From Tubiluchus corallicola (taxonomy: Eukaryota; Animalia; Priapulida), in contig JAQGDQ010000836.1 in assembly GCA_030141605.1 (NCBI GenBank), positions 25,571 through 89,570 on the forward strand: 64,000 nucleotides of DNA, given 5' to 3'. Positions 25,201-39,100 of this stretch are shown piece after piece (position 1 is the first letter of the stretch; each line of letters begins with the position of its first letter). The notes beneath the pieces were generated by a model that saw only the letters and a list, made by a program, of their open reading frames with translations, was not told the origin of the DNA and searched no databases. A program made the position numbers and the translations under genes.

Positions 25201-28200
25201 TCCTTTGTATGTCATTTCGAAAATCAGGCGAGAGCGCACTAGCGCCACCAGTAGCCAAAATGACGAAGTGGGGAAACAATTTTAGAATCCACAAAGAGAT
25301 CTACTTAACGTTACGTTAAGTAGTCAGCAAATAACAAACTTTTAGTGGCTTTTTAACATTGCCAATCAAAACTAAAAGATAAGCCTTTCAGTGAGCTTAC
25401 AAACCAAAACCGTCTATAAATTGGCATAGTTAAAACTACGTTATGATGCTTCGAAGTAAAATGCACCAAAATTTTGATCTAATGTTACTTTTTGTTTTTT
25501 ATAAAAACAAGCGCTACATATATTGAACTTTTATATTCCAGCAGCAGATTATCAAGATAATGTCCAAAAAATAATAAAAATTTAATTTTATAACCCCGTG
25601 CCCATTTCTCTGCCTAGAAACTAGTACTGCAGTTGTAAAGAACTTGTATTTTCAAACTCCGATTAGCTTGGGGAAGCAATCATTTTGCTTCGGATTTTTT
25701 TCTGTCGACAAGCCCAGATCTTCGTCAGGAAGAGCCATCTACTGGATTTAAACATAACTTCAATTTGCTCGTGTAAGTCCATAGCAACCGACATTTGTAC
25801 GGTTGCTAAGAGTTTTGTAGAGACGCGACAAAAAACAATGGCTGACTTTAACGGAGATTTTCTCAAGATTATGTTTTTCAGTGAGCAGCCTGCACCTCAA
25901 CTTCAACGTGGATCATCTCAGCTTAGAAATAACATAGAGCGATGAGCTTGGTATCAAAATGATCCTCATGAAATGGAGATTCAGGTTGTGTGAATAAATA
26001 GAATAGCTTAATTGCCAACTTATGGACGATTTTGCTATGCAAGCACACCTGAATAAGTGGTCTCTACTTTGCTCGTACACCCGAATGTTCTACGAGAAAT
26101 TAACCGCAATTTACGTAATTATGCCAACTTACACTTTAAACAGAGGTAAGTCTCTATTTCTTTTATAGCAAACAATACCTTTGTTACTCGAATTTCACTT
26201 CTGTCAAATGAAAAATTGACATCAGCCCACACGCGAAAGTTTCTGTTTGTTATTTAGATTCTTATGTTTGTTTTTCAGATCATAGCTTACCTAATAGTTA
26301 ATTGGAGGTTAAAGACTTTAATCACACGTCTGAAGCGCAGGTGTACACTGACATTCAACAATCTATTTTGTCAGCTTTATATCAAAGTTGATGGCTTTCA
26401 GCACGCGCAACAAAGCAAGTTGTTTGTTTGCTAAAATTGGGAGCAATAATTTATTTTTAAAACCAAGACTTTCTTCCTCCTACTAACACTTATCGAATGT
26501 TCGCTTTAATTTGTGCTTTTACATTCAGTGACACAGAAATTTACAACGTTCAGAGTAATTGGTTCATTCAGTAAACAACATGGCGGCATTTTTATGCTTT
26601 CACCAATTGCTGCTGTTTTATAATAAAATAACAACATCTTTTGCAAAAACATTGCGCGAAGCTTGGAATTATTTATTATTATTTATTTATTATTGACATT
26701 TATTTATATATTAAAATTGTATAAAAGAAACAATCAGCAGGCGCATGCGCACTTACGTTGATTCCATAAGACAAAAAGATGCGCAAAAATAAAATTTCTA
26801 AAAACAATACCATAAAATTAAATATCTCTCACTAAAAAGCTCATAATTAAATGTATCTAAATATGAATTATATGCTATATACAACACGTTTATACAATAA
26901 TGACATTTGGAGAGACCCAATTACGCCAATGACAATGTCAAGCCTACATGTTTCGGATAAAGCTGCAATAGGACAGTAAATTAACATTAGCTAGTCTTTT
27001 AGTGAAAACTGACAAACTGGTAGCAAGAACTACATTAGTGAGAGAAGAATTAGAAGCAACCTAATACTTCTAAGTTCCACGTTAGTCTAAAATGTAAACA
27101 ATTAAACTATTTAGTTTATTATTATTGATTAAATACTAACGTATTTAATTATTAAAAGTTACGATGAAAGTCAGTACAGCCGCGGATGTAGAGCTCCAGT
27201 CTAAACATGCCTTAAAAGTGACTAAGCACAACATTGAGCCTGCGCCTGCGTAAACCAGTGCCAAGCGTAGAGATCATGTTAATGTGAGCTAGTCAGCTAG
27301 ACCAAGGGCGCCTGAAATCTATTAATTATGTTAATTATCTTTCATTACTTCGTAATATTTTTTTATATTGTGGTATACCTTTTCCGAGGGATATCGTGCA
27401 AGAACAAATGAGGAGTAGGGTGTGGTGAAAATAACTTTTTTTATCCAAACTTTTTACAACTTTTCCGACTTTGTAGGTTCGATGAGATACTAACATGGGT
27501 AAATTTTCAGCTTGATTAAGCTTTGGGAACACGTGTCTTCACTCATTTGTGTGCGATAGCTATTAATCATTGCAAACTACAGGTGAAAATTGCTCGGTCA
27601 GTGGAGTGGATATAATAGTTTTTAAGGTATGTCGAATTACTACACAAATGAGCATAATTTCGAAATGTTAAGATAAGTGGAGACACGTGTTCCCAAAGCT
27701 TAATCTAGCTGAAAATTTTCCCATGTTAGTATCTCAACAAACATCCAAAGTAGGAAAAGTTGTAAAAAGATTGGATAAAAAAAGTTATTTTCACCACACC
27801 CTATTGAGGAGTGATAAGAACAAACGGCATCTTGGTTAGTACATCTTTTACGCTGTCAAATTGCACATCTTAGTATTAGAAAAGTTATCAGAAAGTGAAT
27901 TCTGTACCTCTGTTTCCTCGGTGCCGCAACCGTCAAGTGGAAAGTGGAAGTCTATGGTGTCGTGACCAGTGCCATAGATATAACAACGATCAGCATCAAA
28001 ATAGCCCTTATTGTAGATCTTTCCATTGAAATAATTGTTGAATTTTATGTGAACCTGCATGTATTTTCCCTCCATGTCACACTGCACTAGAATATCTGGA
28101 AAAAAATCAATGAAAAAATCTATGAAAAAACAAAAAAAGGGACAAAGAAGAAAGAATAAATAAAGGAAAAGAAAGAAAAGAAAAGCAAAGAAAAGAAAAA

Positions 28201-31195
28201 GAAAAAAGCAAAGAAAAGAAAAGGAAAGAAAAGAAAAGGAAAAGAAAGAGGGAAAAAGTAAGACAAGAAACGGGAAAAGAAGAATAAATGAAGCAAAGAG
28301 AGAAAAGGAAAATAAAAAAGAAAAGGAAAGAAGGAAATGTTGAAAAAATGTAAACGAATTGAAAACGGAAGGTCACAAATTAATGGCTGACTTGCATGGA
28401 AAAAGGCGAGTTTTAACAACTAATAAGAAGTAATGTTACCAGAATTTAACATTTTTGACTAGAATCGAACAAAATAAAAAAAATTACAGACTTCAATGCC
28501 CATCAGAAGTACTACTTTGTTGTCAGTCACTTAAGAAAAAGATATTGCCGTTTATTTTTTTCCTTCAACAATTTCTTTTCCTGTCATGTAGGTTTGACAA
28601 ACGGAAAATAATAATTGGCTAAACTTTGAAATATGAGCAAAACTTTCATAAAGTTTAGTCTTTTAGTAAAATGTTAAAAGCGTGTTCAGACTACTGCTTT
28701 CTTCTTTTTTATCGTTACTAACTCATGTCAAAATAAAGGTTGAAAGCACAAGATAACCCTCCACTTACATAAAGCTTAAAAAATTCATTTCGAAATTTTA
28801 TATCACTTACATACTACCTTTTCGTATGCATGGCTTGCATCGGCCGTAACGCTGTATAAAACGTGTAAATTTAAACTCCCGCGATGACCGTTACGGGCAG
28901 CCATTTTAATGGTAGGTCGTTTGAAACAAGTTTTGATAACATTGAGTAAAGTTTGAAAAAATAATCAGTGCGTTCGTAGCATACATGTTGCTAATTAAGT
29001 AAAATTTTAAATTACTGTATCTTGTCAATAAGATTAAAAATACGTTTTTGGCTAGTGAGTGGCGCACCCTGGAGGTTGAGTCAGCGACATTTTACCAATT
29101 GGCACAAACATTTTAAATTATTAGTCTGGTTACATAGTCATTTCCAGCAGGTAAGCGAAATGCTAAGTAATATAGATTTGCACGGAAAGTTTTTTTGGGG
29201 CATAATTTAACATTTCCTTTTCACCCCTGATTTACGTTTGCGTGACGTCGTGTAATGGCGCGGGTGGGAACAGTATTGCGGGAGATTTAAAATGAAAATA
29301 AACGAAAATTCCTTTCAACGCGAGGACGATGTAAGCATAAAATTGCTATAAAGCAATATAATTTTAAGACGATTTTTCTGAAACCATTTTTTGTCCTTTA
29401 AAAAAGGAGCTCAAACAAAAATAATATGACTGCTAAAATGAAGCGAACATCAGAATGTTATCTGATAGAGATCACTGCACAGGTCCGAAAAAACCAATAA
29501 AGGAACTGAGTGCCTGAGTACTTACTTCAGTTTATGGGAGAGTTTAATAAAACGTTTATTTTACTTATGTTTCATCTTACCTTGAACCTGATTTTCCACC
29601 TTCTTTCCATATTTGTCTGTTTCATATTGAGGAAACGGATTTGCAAGATACTCATTGTGCGAGTCGTATAATGCTGCTTCCTTGGGCTCTTCATATCCAT
29701 ATGGATTTTCTCTGCTAGATCCATATGGAGCGTTTTCTGGTTCGTACTCTTTCTCTGTTTTGCTACCCGATTTCACATCAGCATAGGGATCATAATACTG
29801 TCCATTTGGTACATACGGATCTCTTTCCACATCTTGAGGAGAAGAATCTTCGGAGGAGGAGCTGTAAGCTTCCCATGGGTTATAGTAATTATCTTCACTT
29901 TCCGATGGAGGATATAATCCACTTTCAGGCAACTGATATGGATTATATGAGCTGTCGTAATCTTGACGTTTCGATTCCAGAGGCCGTTTCGATTCTGTTC
30001 TTCCATAGGCTTCTACCCGTGGCTTCTCATCTGAAGGATAACCTTGCGAACCGTAAGATTGTTGTTTTGATGTGTAACTTTGTCCTTTATCAGCAAATAC
30101 ACCATGTATTGAGTAGCCTTCTACGCCTGGTCTGCCGTAAGTACTCGAATCATACACGTCTGTTGTTCCTGCTCTTGAACTTTCTGTTGGTGGGTAAATG
30201 TCACCGCGAGAATCTTGTTCTCGGTAGGAATATCCATCAGCTCCAGGAAAATGTGGGTATACCTGATCATCCGGATGTTCCGTGGAATATCCCGGTTCTT
30301 GGATAGCATATCCCTGTTCATCAGGTTGGTATCTTTCTCCAGAATAGGGATAACCTTGTTCTTGTGGCGGATATCCTTGTTCTTGTGGAGGATATCCTTG
30401 TTCTTGAGGATATCCTTGATCTTGTGAAGGATAACCACGCCCCTGTGGGGCATATTCCTGTTCAGACAACGGATATCCTTGCTCAGAAGGATAACCTTGT
30501 TCCTGATAACGGTATTCGTCTTCAGCAATTGGATATCCTTGATCAGGTGGCAGATATCCTTGATCAGGTTGTGGATATCCTTGATCAGGTTGTGGATATC
30601 CTTGATCAGGTTGTGGATATCCTTGATCAGGTGGTGGATATCCTTGATCATTTGGTTGATAACCCCGAGCTTGTGATGGATACCTTTCTTCTGGTGAAAA
30701 ATAATCCGGTTCCCGCGAATTTGCTGAATAAACCTCTGCCTGTGATGGATACCCCTGCTCATTGCGACCATATTGTTGTGATTCAAACAACTGTTCTTCA
30801 GGAATGTAGGGCTGTTCTTGATAGGGGTTCGTTAGAGGTTCCTCAATGGGATAACCTCGACCATGTGGATAAAATTCATCTTGTGGCGAGTAGCCTTGAT
30901 TTGAATTTTCCTGTTCAAACGAATAAGGATCCCAAGCTCTGCTGTTAGCAGGATACGGATACGGAGCATCTTGAACATTGTCTTTTGTCTTATGCTCATC
31001 AAACACACCTATTTGATTCGTTTCGTTCGACCTTTCTTGATAACCATAATCACTTTCGTTCACTTTACTAACACCAACCACGTAAGGTTCAAAAGCGTTC
31101 GTCTCTGCTTCCTCACGGGAAACTTGCACATCCAAAGGTTTGACCTCCTCTTCCGCCACAACAAGGGCTGTTAAGATTAATATTAAAATTCTCAT
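20229..31195 (-). CDS. ZP-domain (cuticlin/Dusky-like) type-I membrane protein, ~885 aa, 7 coding exons
   Basis: join complement(31195-29581, 28095-27908, 25072-24909, 23386-23235, 21925-21684, 21337-21202, 20389-20229); all introns GT-AG and phases consistent (2658 nt). Signal peptide, QGYP repeats, ZP-N, ZP-C, furin site, TM helix. Confidence 0.9.
20737..20951. repeat. 24-bp minisatellite (cttgaattacagtacataaaacat)
   Basis: Tandem repeat, ~9 copies. Confidence 0.9.
21202..21337 (-). CDS. ZP protein exon 6: furin site and external hydrophobic patch
   Basis: PSCDGNKRYKRETEEFRNVTIAEEMELYRNVAVFIPGDERVNVEK; TTTAG acceptor, GTAAGT donor. Confidence 0.88.
21684..21925 (-). CDS. ZP protein exon 5: ZP-C
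   Basis: NYDIFVSTCVAHDG...LFDEYGCSL...FAHFRAFKFPDKQNVYFTCNIQLCQHKC, the canonical ZP-C AFKF..VYF.C...C pattern. Confidence 0.93.
22128..23075. repeat. (CAG/TAG/CAT)n intronic tract with ~110-120-bp higher-order periodicity
   Basis: gttgtaccaatagcagcagt recurs at ~22222, 22336, 22453 and (variant) 22561. Confidence 0.9.
23235..23386 (-). CDS. ZP protein exon 4: linker and start of ZP-C
   Basis: MLQTTPAPVYKIPIPDVSIKVVAGKDIRAPNTNGLLVGDYGTLVIILADN; TTTCAG acceptor, GTAAGT donor. Confidence 0.88.
23580..24121 (+). mobile_element. 5S rRNA-derived SINE (SINE3-type)
   Basis: Near full-length 5S head (23580-~23694) without a T-run terminator, ~430-bp body shared with 46563-47111, 10-bp TSD tctctaaact (23570-79 / 24122-31). 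Confidence 0.88.
24909..25072 (-). CDS. ZP protein exon 3: ZP-N second half
   Basis: VKGYGDVKKTRFQNVIIVMMESTLAILEAWDRAYSVACEFESPKPKSLDTGVTV; TTTCAG acceptor, GTAAGT donor. Confidence 0.9.
25387..26053. mobile_element. Degenerate TIR element remnant
   Basis: ttcagtgagcttacaaaccaaaaccgtctataaattggca versus the reverse complement of tgccaacttatggacgattttgctatgcaagcacacctgaa. Confidence 0.45.
27416..27803. mobile_element. hAT-like MITE with long TIRs
   Basis: TAGGGTGTGGTGAAAATAAC ... GTTATTTTCACCACACCCTA, arms ~125 bp; 8-bp TSD atgaggag/ttgaggag (one mismatch). Confidence 0.85.
27908..28095 (-). CDS. ZP protein exon 2: ZP-N first half
   Basis: ILVQCDMEGKYMQVHIKFNNYFNGKIYNKGYFDADRCYIYG...FHFPLDGCGT, the cuticlin-type V.C...M.V...F.G.IY.KG...C pattern. 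Confidence 0.92.
28740..29401 (-). mobile_element. Family A TTAA MITE copy
   Basis: Homologous to 3881-4571; ends TTGTCCTTTAA. Confidence 0.8.
29581..31195 (-). CDS. ZP protein coding exon 1: signal peptide and acidic Tyr/Pro/Gln-rich QGYP-repeat region
   Basis: ATG at 31195 (MRILILILTALVVA-EEE), acceptor TTTTCAG at 31214, donor CAAG|GTAAGA at 29580; 7-aa repeats DQGYPQP / EQGYPPQ. Confidence 0.9.
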
Positions 31196-32838
31196 TTTGC
31201 ACAAAATTAGATCCTGAAAATAAATAAAAAGAAAACAGCTTTAGAACTATGATAACAATATAATATAGTAAAATAGTTACAGAAACTTAGTCGACACCAA
31301 TACGTTGTTAACGTCAATCTAGTGCCGTAATAATCTAAAGACTGAAACTATTACTGAAATAATGGGCTACGTATTTTTGCACAGTGACGGTTCTGACAGA
31401 TGTCATACAATTCAATTCAAAGGTTTATTCGTCTCTAATATAATATTTATAGCGCAAATACAACAAATTGTGTAAAGTATGTAGAGATGGGATGGCGAAA
31501 TACCAGGAGGTCATCGAGTCAGCCACCCCTATATAACTTAGAATTATTATAAAGCACGGCAGACTACATGGTTAAGTGAATAAATACGTAGTTAGGTCTT
31601 AAGTGTAGCAAATAAACAAAATGCAAAGCAGTTATATTATGATTATACCAATGGAAAAAAGCAAGCAAATAATGCAGTTAAAAATTAAAACAACAATTGA
31701 ACAAGTCATGAATGCAACAACGAAAATCTGGTTAAATCATAAATGCAGCGAGTGAACTATAATGCAGCAAATGAACGAAACTGTAGTTAAATAATGAATG
31801 CAAAACAAAAAAAAAACAAAAGGAAGAAAATTTGTGCAGAAATACAGATAAACACCTTTCACGTTTAGTATAAAAAATTTCTGTCTAGAGCCTAAAGCTG
31901 GATAAGATAAAAAAAAGTAGTAATACACACAACTTACGCGCCTGAAAATGTGCACGAAGGAAAATTGTTGGAGTAATAATAATTGTTGATATTTTCCATG
32001 TTTTCAAGTTGGTAGCACGCGTCTGTTTACTTAAATTACTTCCTACGTATTTTCGCCTACTATTAAATATTCGGCAAACGTTCAGAACGAAATTAAACTG
32101 GAAATTGCTGGATGAGCGTGTTTCGATTGTTATAGTTTTGTCTGCGCGAAAGCTTGACACCTCTACCAACCACACTGGTAAGTAAGCAGTTCTATCGAGG
32201 TCATTAAAAATGAGTAACCCATTTTATGGGTCACCAAGTATGTACCTACCGAAGCAAGTGCAAGGCTGATCGGTCGCCAAGCTTGACTAGAAGACTTACT
32301 AAACCGCATTCCCGTTTCCAGCAGTATAAAAACCCGTGTTTGGAAAACACTGACGTCTTTGTGTATTTGTTACTATTCCCACTTGTGTCAGCAAAGTTCA
32401 TTGTTCTTTGTTCCCGTATTATTTGCGGAACCCCGTTGTAAAATATAGGTTAGTTATGATCATTAATTGCAGCACAAGTGCAAGCGCTCACAACTGAAAC
32501 CATGGCACCTACAAATTATACCCTAAAGCAAAATAATAACCTGTAATGAGATTTCTCAAAGCATCTTTGATAGAACTTTTGAAAACGTAAGCAACTTTTT
32601 CCCACCGCAGCACTGCACTCTTGCGGAAGTAGTAAACCATAATATTAAAGTGGTTTTAGTAATTAAATTAAATTAATCTAGTTTTGAATTCCTAACAACA
32701 ATATACGTTGACTGTAATAAAAATAAACTTGGTGTTTGCTGCACCAAGAAAATAAACAAGTTTCTCTTACAATAAGAATGTTAATAAAAATGTTACAGAC
32801 CTACTGAGCAACCATTTTTTTCAGGTACAATAAAAATG

Positions 32839-33395
32839 TTAAAGGAAGACCGGACGATTGTTTACATTCGATCTCATTTTAATTTACTGTCCAAAATATA
32901 CATTTTCGTGCCTATAAAAGTTAACAATTGTTCCTTATGTTTGAATAATTAGCATAGAAAGTTAATTAGCAGCAACCGAACACAGCTATTGCTTACGTCA
33001 GAAACTAACCACAGTTTGTGCAATGGCAGGCGTCTTCCCTTGCGCGTCAAGCACATTTGAATAAGTGTTACAGTACTGTTTAAACGCATGATGTCACGAA
33101 AAATGGGCTTTACATCATATGACGTCAGAAACTAACACTGCAGTTCATGATCATGGTTATCACGGTACCTCCTTCTATTTGTCGCCCACGCGAATGTGAC
33201 AAAAAGGCGCCGCTGCCAATCTTAGTAGATTCACTGAGTCGCGCGTAGCTTTGAAAGTTTAATGAAATTTGAGTATCCGAGGTAATTATTATTTAATCTA
33301 GGCTTTGATTTAAAAAAAGCTATTGTAGTTTTCAATATTTTAAAGCATTCTTTATTCTGAATTAATGTTTACACAATCATCCGGTTTTCCTTTAA
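32839..33395 (+). mobile_element. MITE family B copy
   Basis: TTAA ends and TIRs as in the other copies. Confidence 0.85.
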
Positions 33396-35832
33396 TTAAG
33401 ATGTTATAGACTTAACAAACAATCGTCATTTTACTCAGGTAATTCGTCATTCATCATTGACCATACAGCATCCCGATTATAACTTTTGTACCCAAGACAT
33501 GCAGGAAGGGAAGTCATACTAATTTCAAGATTTTAAGAAGGCAGTATTTCGGGAAAAAGTCTAGTGGCATATTGTGCCGCAACCGTACGTATTGCTGGAA
33601 GGCGTAGCAAAAAGATAGAAAAAAGAAATCGAAAATAGAAGTAGCAAAAAACAAAAACAAATTTCTGTTACAATAAAATGCTAAATACTGGTATATGCTC
33701 AATTGTGTGCACAATGTTTAAAACAAAAATATAAACTTTTCTATAGAACAGGCCTTTTATTTTTTATTAAACTATTTTTACTTTTATTTCTACACCTCTT
33801 TGCAATATACGTGGTTACAGCATGATATGTCGCTACAATTTTTCTCTAAATAATGATACGTATTTGAAATCCTGAAACTGGCCTGACTTTCCTTGCTGCA
33901 TCTTAGGTGCAAAAATTACAATCTGCCCATAATAAATAGGGGCTCTGTATGGTTAGTAACGAATGATGAATTACCCGACAAAATGATAGTCCAATAAGAA
34001 TATATTTTAATTATTTTGCTTTGATTTCAAAAAGGCAAGAAAATAAAGGGGGACAATTGTGGTCACTATGTGGGATTAGCGGCAAAAGATATGCAACACC
34101 AAGGTTGGACAATAACTGGATAAACGACCTCCAGTTATGTTGTTTCTGGACGAATTCTGCTACTGTACCGTGGCTGGTTGTTCAGCTCATGGAAGAAGGA
34201 TGTCAAACATTGCTAATATGCCACTACTGCTTTTTATGGCGTGTTAGGTTCCGGGCCTGCTACAAACAACTACATCATGTATGCCTGGTCACTGAGTGCT
34301 GGAACCCAACTGGAGATTAATATGTTGCTTTCTGTGACCTTTGACCTTGAAACAAATAACATAATTCAACTTGCTTCTCCTTCATAAATTTTAATTCGAT
34401 TAACAATTTTCAGGCTGTCAGTTTGTCTGATGTTCCTTCCAGCTGATTTTTAAGCAGATTCAAACACTATTATGTCTTTTGGGTGTTAGAAATCACAAGT
34501 AATCAAATAATGATGATTTAAGGTCATTCGCGATTTGTTTAACTCAACTTTCGGTTGCAATCTTTCGTTATTATAAAATTTAGAAGACCTCCCAACCCTA
34601 TAATAGATGTCCTGCAACTATAACAATGGATGTGGTTTTCAAGTATCAAATTGGTTGACATGGGATCCTACCTCATTTTCCAAAAAATAACCCAATTGAA
34701 CATTTTTCTTCAGAAAATTTCACTTTGGTTTTTAGACAACCTCCACTTTGTACAGCCGGCACTTCACTTTCAAATGGCCATGTTTAAAGAAAATTTAAGA
34801 AAAAGACAATCGACTATCGGGCACATTTTATTAGTCAAAGTAAAATAATTCGTTGTATTGGTTGCGTGAAGCTGATTATTGGTGTTTTAGGGATGGCGAA
34901 ACTATGAAGAGTTAGATTATAAAACTACACGTTTATTGAACATCAACCACAATAACTATAACAGATAGTAATGCCAAACCCCCTGATCTATCCTGCTCTC
35001 CTTCAGCTCCCAGACTCAATCCCCTGAGCTGGGCGCATCACAAGGCTTACATATCGTGCGCCTTAACTGGGCTTCGTGTCAGCATTCATCAACATAATTA
35101 TCTATCATAATCTAACGCTTTTAACATAATTTAACAGGTCCTCTTTACTGTCAACCTCACGGTAGTTACGTATACAAGGCAGGAAAACAGATTCATAGCT
35201 ACGAATTATCGTAATTGGACTACCAAAATAATAATAATTACTTAAATTACATACGCGTTTTGGAATGAACGAAAATTAAAATTTATTATACTCGATTTTG
35301 AAATGACAGAATGACGTTTTGAAGAAATTCATAACGATAAAAATATCAACAAAGTGCGAACAAATTAGTAAATTACTTCCTGTCTGGTTATTCCAAACTA
35401 TGATACGTCATACTAAATTCATAAAATTGACAATAAGTTCCTGTAGTTTGTAGACGGACGAACATTAAACAAAGAAAAATTCCTGTCGAAAATCGTTTAC
35501 GACCACACAGCGAGAGAAGACAATAATGAGCTTTGGCTTCGGTGATTTTTAACCAGCGAAAAACCACCACCCTGTTAAACAACGTAACTTGATGTTGGAG
35601 TAACGAAAGCGATTTTAAAAAATGACTTTTGATCGATATATGTTGCGCCCCTTTCGTTTTGAATTGTCGTATTTGATACCAGTTTATTACGGTAATATTT
35701 CGCTCGTAATTAAACAAAAAACGTTTGCCTTTTTCGTTACAATGTTCAATGGCTTTGTTTTCTTTTTCTTAATTATTAATCTGTTAATTATGTCTTTGTT
35801 AATTATTTTCTTTCGATAAGTATTATATCTGG

Positions 35833-35834
35833 GA

Positions 35835-35926
<92 letters not shown>

Positions 35927-36150
35927 AAAAAAAAGAAAGAAAGAAAGAAAAATAGAAAAGAGAAAGAAGAAAAAGAAAGGGAGGAAAGAAGGAAGGACGA
36001 AGAAAGAAAAAAGAAATATGAGTGAAAAAAAGAAAAGAAAATAACAGAAAATAAAGAAAAGGAAAGTAGAAAGAAAGACAATATAGGAACAGCAAAGAAA
36101 AAGTGAATGAAGAAGCAAAGAACAATAAAAAAGAAACGAAAAAAACAAAA
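35833..36150. repeat. (GAAA)n microsatellite and purine-rich tract
   Basis: Read directly. Confidence 0.9.
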
Positions 36151-39100
36151 TTGGAGATCATGTTTAATGTCACCAACGAGACTAAAAGAAAAATGAAGCA
36201 ACTTAAAAGTTTTCCAGCAAAGTGTGAGAAACCCAGTGACTTTGAATTTCACTGAAACTGTAACTAATTTATGAGCGGATGACTTGGTGGTGTCACTGTT
36301 ACCATGCCTAACCGGAAATAAAAAGGTTAGGTCTAGCGTTCAACTCCAAGCGGCAATTTCAGATTTTAATGATTATATTTTCCTTGCTCACCTTTGATCA
36401 GCTCTGTTCACCTTCGCTCATAATTATATCCGTTCGCATTTATTCGAATTATAAATAAAACAAATGAAATGAAATTAATACCTTTCTGAAAACTGATTAA
36501 TGCTCGTTAGTTTAAAACATACCTGTTAAAATAAACACCTGTGTTAAAGAACTACGCAAAGAAACCAGTTTGATTAAAAGCACTGTCCAAACTCGTGAAG
36601 TGACAAGCACAGAACCTCTGGGCCTATGATTATAACACTCGGGACACAACAACCACACTTCACACACACAATACGAGTGCCATGAATTATTATTATTACC
36701 AATTTCTAACGCGGGCCTTGTCTATGTGCATATTAAGATCAAACGCAAAACGACCTGCATTTGCAAAACAAGTCAATCCAGTGTTTGGCTAATATGCCGA
36801 ACTTCACGCTACTTTTAACCCTCGTTGTCCGGATGTGTTTCGCTAAGTCGCCGGAAGCTGCTATCTGACACGTAGTATAAAGCCCGTAGCGTAATAATGA
36901 CTTTTATTCATCTTACTTAGAGTTTAAATAATTGCAAAAAGCAGTAGGCCAATTGCGCAAATATGTCGCAAATTATTCGCGATGTTTATCAACAATTTCA
37001 AACTTGTTGAACATTTTGAGAGCTGAGGAGAACGCTACGAGGACTTTCCGGCTATTTCCAACATTTTGGCGACATTTTGGAGAATCTCGGTTGCCCCGTA
37101 TGTGCTGCACTTTTTTCACTGAAAATTCCTTGAAACGGTCGCAAAGCACTTGCGCTGATGTCGTGCAACATTCGCCCTGTAGCCTGCGAACATCGCTCCA
37201 ACTTCGCACCAATGATCTGTAACTGTGGGACTTCGAAATTGCAAAAGTCGCAGCCCGGTGAATCCCTGGTTTAATCAAGTAATCACTCACTTAAAAAAAA
37301 CTAACGACCGACTAACTGGCTAACTAAGTTTTTATTTATTTTATTCACACCCAATAGTAAAATACAGTCTATAATAAAAACAATATAATATAAAACACGC
37401 TGGCAAAAACATACAAAAACAATATTTACAAGAGTGTGGTAAAGACACAAAGAGATTAACTGCTTACATTGTCTATTGTGAACAAGGAATTTATGCAAGT
37501 TAACTTTATATAAGCGGCTTTTAAATAACTTAATATTTTGTGCAGTTACGAGGGGTGCACCATCAACATATGTAGGCAATGAGTTCCAAATGACCAAATG
37601 ATACTTTAGCTGTTCGACGCACGAAAAGTTTCAGAGAATGTTCTACTGCAAGATACTCGCGTAAAAAATTTGTCGAAATCAACATCAACTTCTCTATAAA
37701 TAATTTGGTAGAATAAAACTAAATCTTTTTGAATGTGTCTCTCTTCTAAAGACTTTAGATGTAGAATCTTTAAGTGACAACTAACAAATGAATGAATGAG
37801 TGTTAATGAATGAATATGTTAAAGAAATAAAAGGTAAACAAATAGACACGTCTCTAAATCAGCAGCAACAGTCTTGTAATGTCTTATGTTTACCGTAACG
37901 TTGGAAAAAACACAATAAATTTATTTCACTGAAACAAACGTTTGTTTGACAAACATTTCATCACCAAGATTACTCGATGATGCGAGCTAGTGTTTTGCAG
38001 GCGCTAATTTACCCCAGCATGCGGAATTAACGGGTTTGAAACACAAAGTGTAATTCAGGAAGTGTAATGGTAAACAAGGCGCAATTGTGGTTCAATGTTA
38101 AATCATCCCTCACATATGAAACAGCATCTGCTGATCTACTGACCATGGTAATTATATGCACAAAGAAGGCATTAATTCTGTTACCAAGTACAGACTAAAG
38201 TTTACTAGGCAAATACCATATTCCCCACTTAAGATTATTAAGTGATTGTATTAAGCAAGGTGGTTCTGTGTTACTATGTTTATTTAACGTGTAAGCTTAA
38301 TAAATGTAATTAATCATTAAATTTTTAATCACAAAATCTTTAAATTTCTTGATAAAGCAGCTTAAAAGTTTTTGCTTAAGCGTGTACTGTATTGCGATTG
38401 TAACATAACCTAGAACTGAGCTAACAATGATTACTTCATCCATTCTACAAAATACATCAACGTAAAATGTCAAGTACCACAACTATTGTACCACTTTCTG
38501 CGTAAACACTTAAATTGTTCTTTAATTAACACTGACTTTTAAGAACGTTCTTATTGCGAGAAACCAGTTTTTGACACTCGTTGACAGGGACCTTTCATCC
38601 ATTGTCACGTAGGTTATGCAGGTAACCTGTAACATTGAGTCTGACAGCGGGTTCTTAAACGCAAGATCTTATCGTAAATATAATATATGGTATATACCTC
38701 TGAACGCTAAACGTCTTCTGTAGTCTGAATAACAATTACAAAATAAATTATTTATAGTGCCAAATTATTTACTTATTTTTTAGTAAATCATGAAAGCTAG
38801 TACAGGGGTACTGATGCAAATAGGTGGCTCACTAAGAGTAATAGGTCTTCTTGTGCTAAGAAGTGAATGTGTCATCTCACGTGACAATTGTGCATATAGG
38901 TCTTCTTGTGTCAAGAAGTGAATATGTCATCTCACATGACAATCGTGCATATAAGTCTTCTTGTGTCAAGAAGTGAATGTGTAACCCACATGACAATTGT
39001 GCACGTAGCGTAAACAGTGTTCTAGAAGCAATTATTAATACTAATTTCGCATCAGATTTTTCTAATATACCACACAACTTAGCCCGCTAATAATCTAATA

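Noticed and set aside
29725-30948. Overlapping alternative-frame ORFs within ZP exon 1
   Set aside because: Shadows of the 21-bp QGYP repeats.
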